Below are positions 9,461 to 18,750 of a stretch of 64,000 nucleotides of DNA, piece after piece. This DNA is from Candidatus Bathyarchaeota archaeon. GTDB lineage: Archaea; Thermoproteota; Bathyarchaeia; TCS64. The position numbers and the translations under genes are program-made. Numbering within the stretch: position 1 is the first letter of the stretch; every line of letters begins with the position of its first letter. Location: assembly GCA_020346605.1 (NCBI GenBank), contig CP070784.1:1440702-1504701 (forward strand), in the 5' to 3' direction. Under the pieces are notes generated by a model. The model was not told the origin of the DNA. It searched no databases and worked only from the letters and a program-made list of their open reading frames with translations.

Positions 9461-10531
9461 ATGGACATGCCCGTTCTACAATACAGGTTCGGCCAGACGA
9501 ATATCGCCAAGGTGAGCGGATCGGATGAGCTGAGGGAGGTCTTGGACGACCCCTGGCTCGAATCGGAGACCATTGTCATCAAGCCGAACTGGGTGGACAT
9601 AGATCGCGGTAGCTTCGTGGACGCTAGGACCCTGAGGACGCTGCTGGAGGCCCTCGACTCCAGGTTGGTGGTGACGGAGTCGCTCCACGTGGCCCGCTCC
9701 ATGAACCTCCTCAAGGATGGGATGAGCTTCATCGTCGGCGGCGAAGAGGTGAATTGGCGCTGGCTGCTCAAGGGCGCCGGTTGGAGGTGGCTCATCGAGA
9801 ATCCCGGCTGGGACTGGTTCAGGGGCGGCGGGCACTGGGCGCAGATCGTGAAGGAGGACAAGGCCTTCCTCGACGAGCATGGCTTCACGGACCTCTTCAA
9901 GGAGTTCAACGTCGAGTACATCAACACCACCGATGAGGTCTGGAACGGTAGGAACGCGGATCCGGCCGAGGTGAAGAGGGCCGTCGAGTCCCGCTTCGGA
10001 CCGGTCCGAGAAGAACGGCTCTACGGGATGGTCCCCCAGAGGCTCTACGATCTGCGAGGGTCCACCATGATAAGCCTGGCGAGGCTGAAGCAGTACGCCA
10101 CCTTCACCCTGAAGAACATTTTCGGGATGATAATCGACCCCATGAGGCCTTGGTGGCACGGGCTGAAGAACTCCAGGGTCTCTGCGAGCATCGTCGACAT
10201 CAATAAGGTCTACCGCTCCATCTTCAACGTCTACGGGATCTGCGCATCGCTGTACGAGACCGCCGTCGCGAACCCCGAGGGAGAGTTCCAAGGGGCGTAC
10301 ATGGGGAGGTACGACATCGTCGATGGACTCGGGTTGGTGGCCTTCGGCAGGGACCCGGTGTCACTCGACAGGTTGCTCCTCAACCTCACGGAGCAGATAT
10401 CAACGCAGGCACCTGAGGTGAACTGTGCCCCCATCGAGCTGGCCGAGGAGGAGGGGCTGGGGGCCTGCGACGATGAAGCCCTCTTGGAGTCGAAGCTCAA
10501 GGTGGGTGTTTGGTTCTCGCCCCAGCTGTGA
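9461..10531 (+). CDS. DUF362-like protein
   Basis: TIVIKPNWV near the N-terminus and LKQYATFTLKNIFGMI resemble the KPN and KN-xG signatures of DUF362. The start could be GTG at 9458 or ATG at 9461. Confidence 0.55.
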   Translation: MDMPVLQYRFGQTNIAKVSGSDELREVLDDPWLESETIVIKPNWVDIDRGSFVDARTLRTLLEALDSRLVVTESLHVARSMNLLKDGMSFIVGGEEVNWRWLLKGAGWRWLIENPGWDWFRGGGHWAQIVKEDKAFLDEHGFTDLFKEFNVEYINTTDEVWNGRNADPAEVKRAVESRFGPVREERLYGMVPQRLYDLRGSTMISLARLKQYATFTLKNIFGMIIDPMRPWWHGLKNSRVSASIVDINKVYRSIFNVYGICASLYETAVANPEGEFQGAYMGRYDIVDGLGLVAFGRDPVSLDRLLLNLTEQISTQAPEVNCAPIELAEEEGLGACDDEALLESKLKVGVWFSPQL

Positions 10532-10600
10532 AGGGTTCGGCCCGTGTCTTCGTCATGAGAAACGTTATAATCGCCACAGAACCAGGTACCAGTCGAAGCC

Positions 10601-11878
10601 ATGTTCAGAGACATCCTTGTCATCGGCGCCGGAGTCCTGGGGCTGAGCTCCGCCCTCCACCTCAAGAGGACCAACCCCGATAAGGACGTCTTCGTCGTGG
10701 ACAGGCTCGGAGGACCCGGTCAGGGCAGCACCGCCAAGTGCGCCGGGATCTACTTGAACCACTCCACCACCGAGCTGAACCACATCCTCATGGACTCTAC
10801 CGTCGACTGGCTCCACCACCTCCACGACGACCTGGGCCACGACCTGAAGCTCGCCCAGCACGGATACCTGTACCTTCTAGACGAGGAGGAGGACAGGAAG
10901 CTGAGGGGCCCGGTCTCTAAGATGCAGGATATGGGCATCGACGTGAGGACCTACGACCGGGAGGAGCTGGAGCACATGATCCCGGACCTCATCACTGCCC
11001 CCGATGACGAGGATTCCCAGCTCATGGGGCTCAAGCCCATCGTCTCCGGCGTCTTCAGCGGTAAGTGCGGTGGCGTGGACGCCGACGCCCTCTCTCGCAG
11101 CCTCGAGGCCGAGTTCCTCAAGCTGGGGGGCGAGGTGAGTTACAACACCACCGCTGATAGGCTCATCGTCAAACCCGAGATGGAGCTTGGGATCCCAGGA
11201 GAGCCCTTCGTCTGGCAGGACATACACATCACAGGCGCAGAGACGAGCAGGGGGACCGTCGAGGCGGGCACCACCATCGTCGCCGCCGGCGTCTGGTCGG
11301 AGAGGCTCCTCGACCCCATAGGCTTCGACACCCTGATGAGGCCCAAGTCCCGCGCCATCTTCGTCTTCAAAGACCCGATGCTCGACGGGCTCCGCGACGC
11401 AGAGGGGTTCAGCTCCCTCAACGTGCTGCCCTTCACCCACATCGCTGGGGTGAAGACCTACCTGAAGGTGGAGCAGACCGAGGGAAGCATCTGGCTGGGC
11501 TGCGCCGACGATTTCGGCAGGCGCTATGGCCTCGAGGACGACCCCCAGCCCGAGAGGGGGCTCTACTCGAACAACATCTACCACGCCTTGGTGAAGCACC
11601 TCCCATGCTTCGAGAACCTCCGCCCAGTGAACATGTGGGCAGGGCAACGGTCGGTGCACAGGGTCGACAAGACCCCCGTCGTCGCCCCAGCCCCCGGGAT
11701 GATCTACGTCGGCTCAACCACAGGGAACGGCGTCACCAAGAGCGACGCGCTAGGCAGGACGGTCGCCGCCCTCTACGCCGGCGAGGATGAGGTCGAGGCC
11801 TACGGAGGGCGCCGCTTCAGGGCCTCCGATCTGGGCATCGAGCATCGAAGAGTTGAGATCGAGGAGTTCAAGGTATAA
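10601..11878 (+). CDS. FAD-dependent oxidoreductase (DAO / glycine-sarcosine oxidase-like family)
   Basis: N-terminal dinucleotide fold DILVIGAGVLGLSSALHL. Length 425 aa. C-terminal GSTTGNGVT region typical of the DAO family. Confidence 0.8.
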   Translation: MFRDILVIGAGVLGLSSALHLKRTNPDKDVFVVDRLGGPGQGSTAKCAGIYLNHSTTELNHILMDSTVDWLHHLHDDLGHDLKLAQHGYLYLLDEEEDRKLRGPVSKMQDMGIDVRTYDREELEHMIPDLITAPDDEDSQLMGLKPIVSGVFSGKCGGVDADALSRSLEAEFLKLGGEVSYNTTADRLIVKPEMELGIPGEPFVWQDIHITGAETSRGTVEAGTTIVAAGVWSERLLDPIGFDTLMRPKSRAIFVFKDPMLDGLRDAEGFSSLNVLPFTHIAGVKTYLKVEQTEGSIWLGCADDFGRRYGLEDDPQPERGLYSNNIYHALVKHLPCFENLRPVNMWAGQRSVHRVDKTPVVAPAPGMIYVGSTTGNGVTKSDALGRTVAALYAGEDEVEAYGGRRFRASDLGIEHRRVEIEEFKV

Positions 11879-11883
11879 GAGCA

Positions 11884-13035
11884 ATGCTATCAGGGAGCAG
11901 ATGCCGGCTGTGCGGTGACTCCGAGAGGATCGTGGCTGGAGCCCTCGGCGTCTGCCTGGACTGCATCAGGGGCAGGCCAAAGGAGGCGCTGCCCTTGGTC
12001 GCCGAGGTACATGCGAGGAGCAGGAGAGAGCACGGCCTCCCCGACCGTTCCCCCAGGACCGAGGGTGGGGCGCGGTGCGAACTCTGCTCCAACCGCTGCT
12101 CCATCGGCGTGGGCGAGTCGGGGTACTGCGGTCTCAGGGCCAACGACGGCGTCCTCAGGTCCATCTCCACGAGGGAAAGGGGGCTATACTACGCTTACAA
12201 GGACCCCCACGTCACCAACTGCTGCTCAGCCTGGTTCTGCCCCGCGGGCACGGGGGCCGGCTTCCCCGATTACGCTCACAGGGACGGCCCGGAGCACGGC
12301 TACAGCAACCTGGCTGTCTTCATGTACGGGTGCAACTTCGACTGCCTCTTTTGCCAAAACCCTTCCCACAAGGAGTTCACAGCGACCCCTCTCCCGGTAA
12401 CCGAGATCGCAGACAGGGTCGCCTCGGATCCCAACATCTCCTGCATCTGCTACTTCGGAGGGTCGCCCGAGCCCCAGCTCCCCTTCATACTGGAGGCCTC
12501 TCAGAGGGCGCTGGACGCCAGGGAGGAGAGACCGCTCCGCATCTGCTTCGAGTGGAACGGCTGCGGCCACCCTGGGCTGGTGCGCAGGGCCGCGGAGCTC
12601 TCCCTGAAGACGGGAGGTAACATCAAGTTCGACCTAAAGTGCTCCACGCCGGGGCTCAGCCTCGCCCTCAGCGGCGTCGACAACGGGAGGGCCTTCGAGA
12701 ACTTCGAGACCGTGGCCAGGGAGTTCCACACGGAGAGGCCGGGGCTCCCCGTGGTCACCGCAACAACCCTCCTAGTGCCGGGCTACGTCGACCCAGCGGA
12801 GGTCGAATCCATTGCGAGGTTCATCGCGGAGATAAATCCCTCCATCCCCTACGGCCTGCTGGCCTTCCACCCGGCGTACCGCATGGGCGACCTCTCATAC
12901 ACACCCCTGGAGCAGGCGGCGGAGTGCTACAGGGCGGCGAGGAGGCACCTGAAGCGGGTAAACGTGGGTAACCTCCACATCCTGGGGCTCCGAAGCATGG
13001 AGCAGTTCCTCCTAAGGACGGGGATGAATGGGTGA
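11884..13035 (+). CDS. radical SAM protein, PflA/AmmeMemoRadiSam-like activase family (COG1180 type)
   Basis: CNFDCLFCQNPSH is a CxxxCxxC cluster motif. N-terminal Cys-rich ribbon CRLCGD...CLDCIR and CELCSNRCSIGVGESGYCGLR. Starts 5 nt after the FAD oxidase stop. Confidence 0.8.
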   Translation: MLSGSRCRLCGDSERIVAGALGVCLDCIRGRPKEALPLVAEVHARSRREHGLPDRSPRTEGGARCELCSNRCSIGVGESGYCGLRANDGVLRSISTRERGLYYAYKDPHVTNCCSAWFCPAGTGAGFPDYAHRDGPEHGYSNLAVFMYGCNFDCLFCQNPSHKEFTATPLPVTEIADRVASDPNISCICYFGGSPEPQLPFILEASQRALDAREERPLRICFEWNGCGHPGLVRRAAELSLKTGGNIKFDLKCSTPGLSLALSGVDNGRAFENFETVAREFHTERPGLPVVTATTLLVPGYVDPAEVESIARFIAEINPSIPYGLLAFHPAYRMGDLSYTPLEQAAECYRAARRHLKRVNVGNLHILGLRSMEQFLLRTGMNG

Positions 13036-13077
13036 GAAGCACCAAGATGAATTCAATTTGGAATAGCCCTAAGGGTT

Positions 13078-13485
13078 CTACACTCGGCTCGGCCTTCCGA
13101 CGACGCCGGCCATCAGTATGAATGCACAGGCGTAAACGGCGAACATCGCCCTCATGAAACCCGTCGCATCGATGAACAGGAACAGAAACACGCAGACGCC
13201 CATGGCTGCCCCCGTTGCGAACCTCAGGCCGTTGTTGCTCTGCCTCCATCCGTGGGTCTGTGTGACCCAGTCGACGGACGCTGGTAAGAGTAATAACAGG
13301 CAGGCGAGCACCTGCTGTGCCACATCTAGGGAGCTGTAGAAACCAAGGCCGCCGAATGAGTTTAGAGCGATAACGGATAGGGCGCCGGAGACGTAACCCG
13401 AGCACCTGGCGCAGAGCCTCAGCTCCCCGCCGTGGAACCTGACGGTGAACCAGTGCCCGTGGGCGAGAAGCCGCCAAAGCTCCAA
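13078..13485 (-). CDS. DUF2085-like small membrane protein
   Basis: LCARCSGYVSG motif followed by hydrophobic helices. Only a TTG start is available at 13485. Confidence 0.55.
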   Translation of the reverse strand: MELWRLLAHGHWFTVRFHGGELRLCARCSGYVSGALSVIALNSFGGLGFYSSLDVAQQVLACLLLLLPASVDWVTQTHGWRQSNNGLRFATGAAMGVCVFLFLFIDATGFMRAMFAVYACAFILMAGVVGRPSRV

Positions 13486-13494
13486 TGTAATCCC

Positions 13495-14067
13495 CTATTC
13501 CGTGATCAGCTTCTCACCGCAGTACGGGCAGAGGTTGAACTCGGGCAGCACGGACTTGCCGCACGCCGTGCACTTGGCGCCCACGGGGACCGCTGGGATC
13601 TTCAGGGGTTGCTTCGCCTTGAACCTGGTCACCCTAGCCTTGATGTTGGAGTTGTACGTCGCCTTCACAACGGTGCCACCGCCCTCCACCTCGGTGAGCT
13701 CGATGTAGATCGGTCCCGTGCGGTCGAGCATCCTGTACAGCCTCGGTGGCTCCTTCTCCCTCTCGACGAACCTGGCCTCCGCCCTCCTCCGTGTGAGGCC
13801 CCCGAGGAAGCCGGAGAGCCCGCCTGAGGCCTTGGGAGCAGTTGCCTCCTCCTCTTCCCTCCGCCACTTTTCGACCTCCCCGACGACAGCATCGTACGCC
13901 TCCTCGATCCCCTGTGGCGTGTACCAATAGTCCGTAGCGGTCTCGCCCTCGGGGACCCTCTCTCCCCTGGTCTGGGAGAGGTAGATGTAGCACGCTATTA
14001 TAGGGAGGAGCATGATGAGGATGTCCCAGAAATCCCCCTCCTGACCCACGAGCGCAGACGGTAACAT
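13495..14067 (-). CDS. hypothetical membrane-anchored protein with a C-terminal zinc ribbon
   Basis: One N-terminal hydrophobic helix (WDILIMLLPIIACYIYL). C-terminal CTACGKSVLPEFNLCPYCG. Start uncertain, either ATG at 14067 or further upstream to 14118. Confidence 0.5.
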   Translation of the reverse strand: MLPSALVGQEGDFWDILIMLLPIIACYIYLSQTRGERVPEGETATDYWYTPQGIEEAYDAVVGEVEKWRREEEEATAPKASGGLSGFLGGLTRRRAEARFVEREKEPPRLYRMLDRTGPIYIELTEVEGGGTVVKATYNSNIKARVTRFKAKQPLKIPAVPVGAKCTACGKSVLPEFNLCPYCGEKLITE

Positions 14068-14237
14068 AGTCTTTAACCCTGCCCTAAATCGCGTTCTAAC
14101 CATATAAAACGATGACATCCAAGCTCCAGCTGAAGACTATCCACATGAAAGTCCTCTGCCTGCCCTGTGCGCGCAGACAAGATATTATACCTCGATTTAG
14201 TAGAATAGATCAGTCTGCGAAGCTGAACGTGCGTGAC

Positions 14238-14606
14238 ATGTTCTCGAACTACGAGGCGACCCCCGAGGACGAGGACGAGATCATCAGGAGGGTGGCTGAG
14301 GAGGTCCACAAGCGTGGCATGGAGATCCCAGCCATCATCATGCTGGAGACCCTCAACCCCCTGAGCTTCATGGGAGCGACCATGGGCCGCCTCTTCCTCT
14401 CACCCGTGCTGCCGGCCCTGGGAGAAGACCTGGGAATGAAGGGAGAGATCGTCCTCCAAGTCTTCGAGAAGCACTCCAACATCGAGAAACTCATCTCCCT
14501 AATTGAGGCCATGACAAAGGAGGAGAAGACAAATAAGGCGCCCTCCAGAGAGGAGGGAAAAGAAGATAAATCGAAGAAAGGCTGGAGGCGCTTCCTCCCC
14601 TTCTAG
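14238..14606 (+). CDS. A0: small conserved protein with a Lys-rich tail (paralog of 30649..31011)
   Basis: Start re-picked at MFSNYEATPEDEDE (ATG at 14238). It aligns by eye with the 120-aa protein at 30649..31011: EDEDEIIRRVAEEVHKRGM...MLETLNPLS against EEEDELIEKLAQNIVKRKM...TLETISPIS. No family recognised. Confidence 0.65.
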   Translation: MFSNYEATPEDEDEIIRRVAEEVHKRGMEIPAIIMLETLNPLSFMGATMGRLFLSPVLPALGEDLGMKGEIVLQVFEKHSNIEKLISLIEAMTKEEKTNKAPSREEGKEDKSKKGWRRFLPF

Positions 14607-14721
14607 ACCCTTTAGGGAGTCCAAGGGGCCGTAACCGGTATTTTTCAGAAAGCCTTAAGGGCGACCTTATAAAAATGACTACGGAATTACGTTGGCCTCA
14701 CTCAGGAAACCACTAGACGAG

Positions 14722-16548
14722 ATGCAGTACATCCTAGCGACCGACGTCGGCAGCACGACAACCAAAGCCAGATTCTTCCACAAGAATGCCGGCGAGTGGA
14801 GGTTCCTCGTGTCCGGGGAGGCTCCCACCACCGTCGAGGCCCCCTACGAGGACGTGACAATGGGCGTCCAGAACGCCGTCAGGGAGGTCGAGGAGCTCAC
14901 AGGCCACAAGATACTGGCCCCTGACGGGAGCGGCATCGTAGTCCCCTACGATGGCGAGAGGGGTGTGGACCTCTACTGCACCACCAGCAGCGCGGGGGGC
15001 GGCCTCCAGATGATGGTAGCGGGCCTCATCAAGATGATGACCGCCGAGAGCGCCAACAGGGCGGCCCTTGGCGCAGGGGCCATCGTTATGGACGTCATCG
15101 CCCAGGACGACGGACGGCGGATCTTCCAGAAGATACAGAGGATACGCAACCTCAGACCCGACATGATTCTCCTCGCCGGCGGTACGGACGGAGGGGCGAC
15201 CGCCAGAGTCATCGAGATCGTAGAACTCATCAAGGCTGCCGAGCCCAAGCCCAGGCTCGGGGTGGCCTATAAGCTGCCCATCGTCTACGCCGGCAACAAG
15301 GACATCAGGCCGAAGATCAACGAGCTGATGGGCGGCGACTTCGCTCTGGACATGGTGGACAACATCCGCCCCGTCCTCGAGATAGAGAACACGGAGCCCG
15401 CGCGCCGCGCCGTCCACGAACTCTTCATGGAGCACGTGATGAGCCACGCCCCGGGGTACACCAAGCTCATGAAGTGGACGGATGTGGACATCATGCCCAC
15501 CCCTGCGGGCGAGGGGATGGCGATGCAGCTCATCGCCAGCAGATTCAAGGAGAACGTCTTGGGCGTCGGGCTGGGCGGGGCCACAACCAACGTGTACTCG
15601 ATCGTGGATGAGCGCTTCGTCAGGAGCGTCAGCGCCAACCTGGGGATGAGCTACAGCGTCACCAACGTCATGAAGGAGGCAGGCATCGAGAACATCCTGC
15701 GATGGCTGCCCTTCGAGCTCGACGAGGAGGACGTCTCCAGCAGGCTGATGAACAAGATGATCCGCCCCACAACCATCCCACAAATGCTGGAGGACCTCAT
15801 CGTCGAGCACTCCGTCGCCCGAGAGGCCCTCCGCCTGGGCCTGGAGCACCACAGGACCATAGCGACCCGGCTCAAGGGGATCCAGATACAGAGGGACATC
15901 GCCTCGATGTTCGAGCAGCAGGTTGAGGAGTCATACGTTAAGATGAGTGAGATCGACATCATCGCCGGAACAGGCGGCCTGCTGAGCCACGCCCCGAGGC
16001 GCATCCAGTCGATGTTGATCCTCACGGACGCTTGGCAGCCCGAGGGAGTGACAAAGATGTTCCAGGACAGCGTCTTCATGATGCCCCACCTCGGCGTCCT
16101 CTCCACGGTCCACAGAGACGCCGCATGGAACATCTTCGACAAGGACTGCCTCGTTAGGCTGGGCACATGCATAGCTCCGGTGGGGACGGTCTCTGGGGAC
16201 GTCCAAGCTCGAGCGCGGGGGGAGCGAGTCATGACGGTGGAGCTCATATTGCCCGACGGAGGGACCGTCGTGGAAGAGCTCGATTACGGCGAGGTGAAGT
16301 GCATAGAGCTCCCGGAGAGGCAGGAGGCTAAGGCTGTCATCACGCCCAGCAGGCGTTTCGACGTGGGTAGAGGGACCGGAAGTACCGTCGAGAAGACGGT
16401 CATGGGAGGGGTTGCCGGGGTGCTCCTCGACGCGAGGGGGCGACCTCTGCATCTGCCGGTAGAGGAAGACAAGAGGAGGAGGCTGCTCCTGGAGTGGTTC
16501 GAGGCACTGGAGCTTTACGACAAGGACAAGTTGGAGGAGTGGATCTGA
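14722..16548 (+). CDS. A1: double ASKHA (actin/Hsp70-fold) ATPase, GlmL/MutL-like
   Basis: Two phosphate-loop sets: ILATDVGSTTTKA with LLAGGTDGG, and GVGLGGATTNVYS with IIAGTGGLLSHAP. This matches the GlmL/MutL, hydantoinase-A branch. The start is ATG at 14722 or TTG at 14692. It has a paralog at 31202..33040. Confidence 0.8.
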   Translation: MQYILATDVGSTTTKARFFHKNAGEWRFLVSGEAPTTVEAPYEDVTMGVQNAVREVEELTGHKILAPDGSGIVVPYDGERGVDLYCTTSSAGGGLQMMVAGLIKMMTAESANRAALGAGAIVMDVIAQDDGRRIFQKIQRIRNLRPDMILLAGGTDGGATARVIEIVELIKAAEPKPRLGVAYKLPIVYAGNKDIRPKINELMGGDFALDMVDNIRPVLEIENTEPARRAVHELFMEHVMSHAPGYTKLMKWTDVDIMPTPAGEGMAMQLIASRFKENVLGVGLGGATTNVYSIVDERFVRSVSANLGMSYSVTNVMKEAGIENILRWLPFELDEEDVSSRLMNKMIRPTTIPQMLEDLIVEHSVAREALRLGLEHHRTIATRLKGIQIQRDIASMFEQQVEESYVKMSEIDIIAGTGGLLSHAPRRIQSMLILTDAWQPEGVTKMFQDSVFMMPHLGVLSTVHRDAAWNIFDKDCLVRLGTCIAPVGTVSGDVQARARGERVMTVELILPDGGTVVEELDYGEVKCIELPERQEAKAVITPSRRFDVGRGTGSTVEKTVMGGVAGVLLDARGRPLHLPVEEDKRRRLLLEWFEALELYDKDKLEEWI

Positions 16549-16549
16549 G

Positions 16550-17701
16550 ATGAGCAACGAAAAGACTGATGACAAGATCTCTGAGGAGGCCCACGCCTAT
16601 ACCCCAGGCCTGAAAGTAAAGAGGTCGATGACCGTCCGGCAGACCCGCCGCCTCCCCATCCCGGGCAAGGTTCTCGTCAAAGTCGGCGACGAGGTGGACC
16701 ATGACACAATAGTAGCTGAGGCCGAGATAAGCAGTGAGCCCGAGATCGTGAAGGCGTCATCGATTATGGGCGTCGAACCCTTGGACCTTGAGCGGTACAT
16801 GTTGAAGAAGGAGGGCGACCCTGTCGAGGAGGGAGAGAACATCGCTTACTTCAGCGCTCTCTTCGGCCTGATAAAGAAGCAGGTCACATCCCCCATCAAG
16901 GGATACATTGAGTCCATCTCGGAGATCACCGGTCAGCTGATCGTGCGCGGGGCGCCAGTCCCCGTCAAGGTGGATGCCTATATCCCGGGTAAGGTTGTCG
17001 AGGTAATCCCGAATGAGGGGGTGGTTATAGAAATCAACGCAGCATTCATCCAGGGCATCTTCGGCATCGGCGGGGAGAGCCATGGAAAGCTAAAGGTCGC
17101 CGTGGAGTCCTCTAACGATGAGCTCAACACGGATGCTATAGGCCACGAGGATAAGGATGCGGTGCTTGTGGGAGGTTCCATGGTCACCATGGACGCCCTC
17201 AGGAAGGCTGTCGACATAGGTGTCTCTTGCATCGTGGTGGGTGGCATCCGCCACAATGACCTGATCAAGTTCACGGGTGAGGAGGTCGGCGTCGCCATCA
17301 CTGGCCACGAGGAGGTCGGCCTGACGTTGATCGTTACAGAGGGCTTCGGGAAGATGACGATGTCTCAGAAAACCTTCGACCTACTGAAGAGCTATGAAGG
17401 CCACCTCGCCTCGGTGAACGGGACGACCCAGATTAGGGCAGGCGTCATGAGGCCAGAGATCGTGATCCCCCACGGCGGCGCCGTTGAGGCGTCCGAGGAG
17501 TTCTCCTCGGGTATGGTACCTGACACGCCTGTTCGAATAATACGACAGCCTTACTTCGGCGCCATCGGCGTCGTCTCGAGCCTTCCCGTAGAGCTCCAGC
17601 AGTTGGAGTCCGAGTCATATGTGAGGATATTAAACGTTAAGTTGGGAGACGGCAAAGTCGTCACCGTACCGAGGGCCAACGTCGAGATAATTGAGGAATG
17701 A
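16550..17701 (+). CDS. A2: barrel-sandwich-hybrid (lipoyl/biotinyl-like fold) domain protein, function unknown
   Basis: Hairpin motifs PIPGKVLVKVGDEVDHDTIVAEAE, EGDPVEEGENIAYF and TSPIKGYIESI. There is no AMKM or DKA cofactor lysine. The ATG lies 1 nt after the A1 stop, with GGAGGAG inside the A1 3' end. Paralog at 33041..34195. Confidence 0.7.
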   Translation: MSNEKTDDKISEEAHAYTPGLKVKRSMTVRQTRRLPIPGKVLVKVGDEVDHDTIVAEAEISSEPEIVKASSIMGVEPLDLERYMLKKEGDPVEEGENIAYFSALFGLIKKQVTSPIKGYIESISEITGQLIVRGAPVPVKVDAYIPGKVVEVIPNEGVVIEINAAFIQGIFGIGGESHGKLKVAVESSNDELNTDAIGHEDKDAVLVGGSMVTMDALRKAVDIGVSCIVVGGIRHNDLIKFTGEEVGVAITGHEEVGLTLIVTEGFGKMTMSQKTFDLLKSYEGHLASVNGTTQIRAGVMRPEIVIPHGGAVEASEEFSSGMVPDTPVRIIRQPYFGAIGVVSSLPVELQQLESESYVRILNVKLGDGKVVTVPRANVEIIEE

Positions 17702-17958
17702 TCCTCCAATTCGACACGTTTTAAATTATGTTCTATTTTTTAGAGCTCCTATTCTCGTCTCTCCGGGCGTACCTCCTCTCGTAGCGGTAATGTTAACTAC
17801 AGGTGAAGGCGAAAAGTAAAACTCTTTCACGATTTTTTTACCCAGTGAAAGGCTTAAACTACGAAAAATAGTTAATTTTAAACCATTTCAGCGAGAATTG
17901 TTAAATATACAATCTAGTAAATTCTATCTGCAAGAAAAACAAGGAGACGTTTGAATAC
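17702..17958 (+). promoter_or_regulatory. AT-rich promoter/leader region for the B1-B4 membrane operon
   Basis: A 257-bp AT-rich gap in a GC-rich operon context. TATA-like TTAAATATA at 17901-17909. AAGGAG at 17941-17946, 12 nt before the ATG at 17959. Confidence 0.5.
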
Positions 17959-18744
17959 ATGGCAATACTAATCGAAGGTAGAATCTTCGGTTTACTGTGT
18001 CTAATAGTAATCATGGCAGCGGTTGCTTACTACATCAAGGCAGCTGAAGGAGGTAGAGTCCCGAGGATAAGAAGGGTTGCCGGCATTGACGCCATCGATG
18101 AGGCAATCGGTAGGGCAGTGGAGATGGGGCGACCCATTATCTGTTCACACGGCATCGCCGACTTGAGGGGCGCAACGTCGGGACCCCAGACACTCGCTGG
18201 GCTCAGCGTGCTGAGCTATGTAACGAAAAGGGCTATCGCCAGTAGTGCAAAAGTCCTAGTCCCTGTGAGGCAGCCAGAGGTCTGGCCAATCGCAGCTGAC
18301 ATCATGGAGACCGAGTACAAGTTGGCCGGCAAGGCCGACGAGTATGACTCCGATGATATCAGGTTCCTCTCTACAGCCCAGTTCGGGTTCTCTTCGAACT
18401 ACATGGGCCTGATGATGAGGGAGAGGCCAGGGGCGAACATCATGATCGGAGCATACTGGGCTGAGTCACTACAACTCGCTGAGACCGGCAGCAGAGTCGG
18501 AGCGTTCCAGATCGCTGGCACGGCGCAAACATCACAGATTCCTTTCTTCCTTGTGTGCGCTGACTACTGCCTCATTGGCGAGGAGATCTACTCCGCCGGT
18601 GCCTACCTGACACAGGACGCGCCTCTCGTAGCGAGCTTGGCGGGTCAGGACGTCGGCAGGATAATCGCGGTGATCCTCAGCGTACTCGGAACACTGCTAT
18701 ACACGGCTGGCATGACGGTCCTTCTGGACCTCTTCGGGATGTGA
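17959..18744 (+). CDS. B1: bitopic membrane protein (N- and C-terminal helices flanking a polar domain of about 200 aa), family unknown
   Basis: Hydrophobic helices IFGLLCLIVIMAAVAYYI and IIAVILSVLGTLLYTAGMTVLL. Conserved RRV..(I/L)DAI(D/E)(E/D)A(I/V)GRA.EMG(R/K)P shared with the paralog at 27690..28484. Confidence 0.7.
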   Translation: MAILIEGRIFGLLCLIVIMAAVAYYIKAAEGGRVPRIRRVAGIDAIDEAIGRAVEMGRPIICSHGIADLRGATSGPQTLAGLSVLSYVTKRAIASSAKVLVPVRQPEVWPIAADIMETEYKLAGKADEYDSDDIRFLSTAQFGFSSNYMGLMMRERPGANIMIGAYWAESLQLAETGSRVGAFQIAGTAQTSQIPFFLVCADYCLIGEEIYSAGAYLTQDAPLVASLAGQDVGRIIAVILSVLGTLLYTAGMTVLLDLFGM

Positions 18745-18750
18745 TGATGA

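Noticed and set aside
14734-15852. Long ORFs antisense to real genes: this 372-aa one, and also 36263..37684, 44824..45762, 59848..60864, 40979..41704, 9476..10291, 10877..11659, 37675..38535 and 38381..39142.
   Set aside because: They are Arg/Gly/Pro/Ala/His/Val-rich, low-complexity shadow frames typical of GC-rich DNA. They carry no recognisable motifs. Each is fully overlapped by a motif-bearing gene on the other strand.
17835-17843. TTTTTACCC is shared by the two B-operon upstream regions (17835-17843 and 28495-28503).
   Set aside because: Both copies lie on the plus strand, although the operons are on opposite strands. They also sit at very different distances from the start codons. A 9-mer match in AT-rich DNA is weak evidence.
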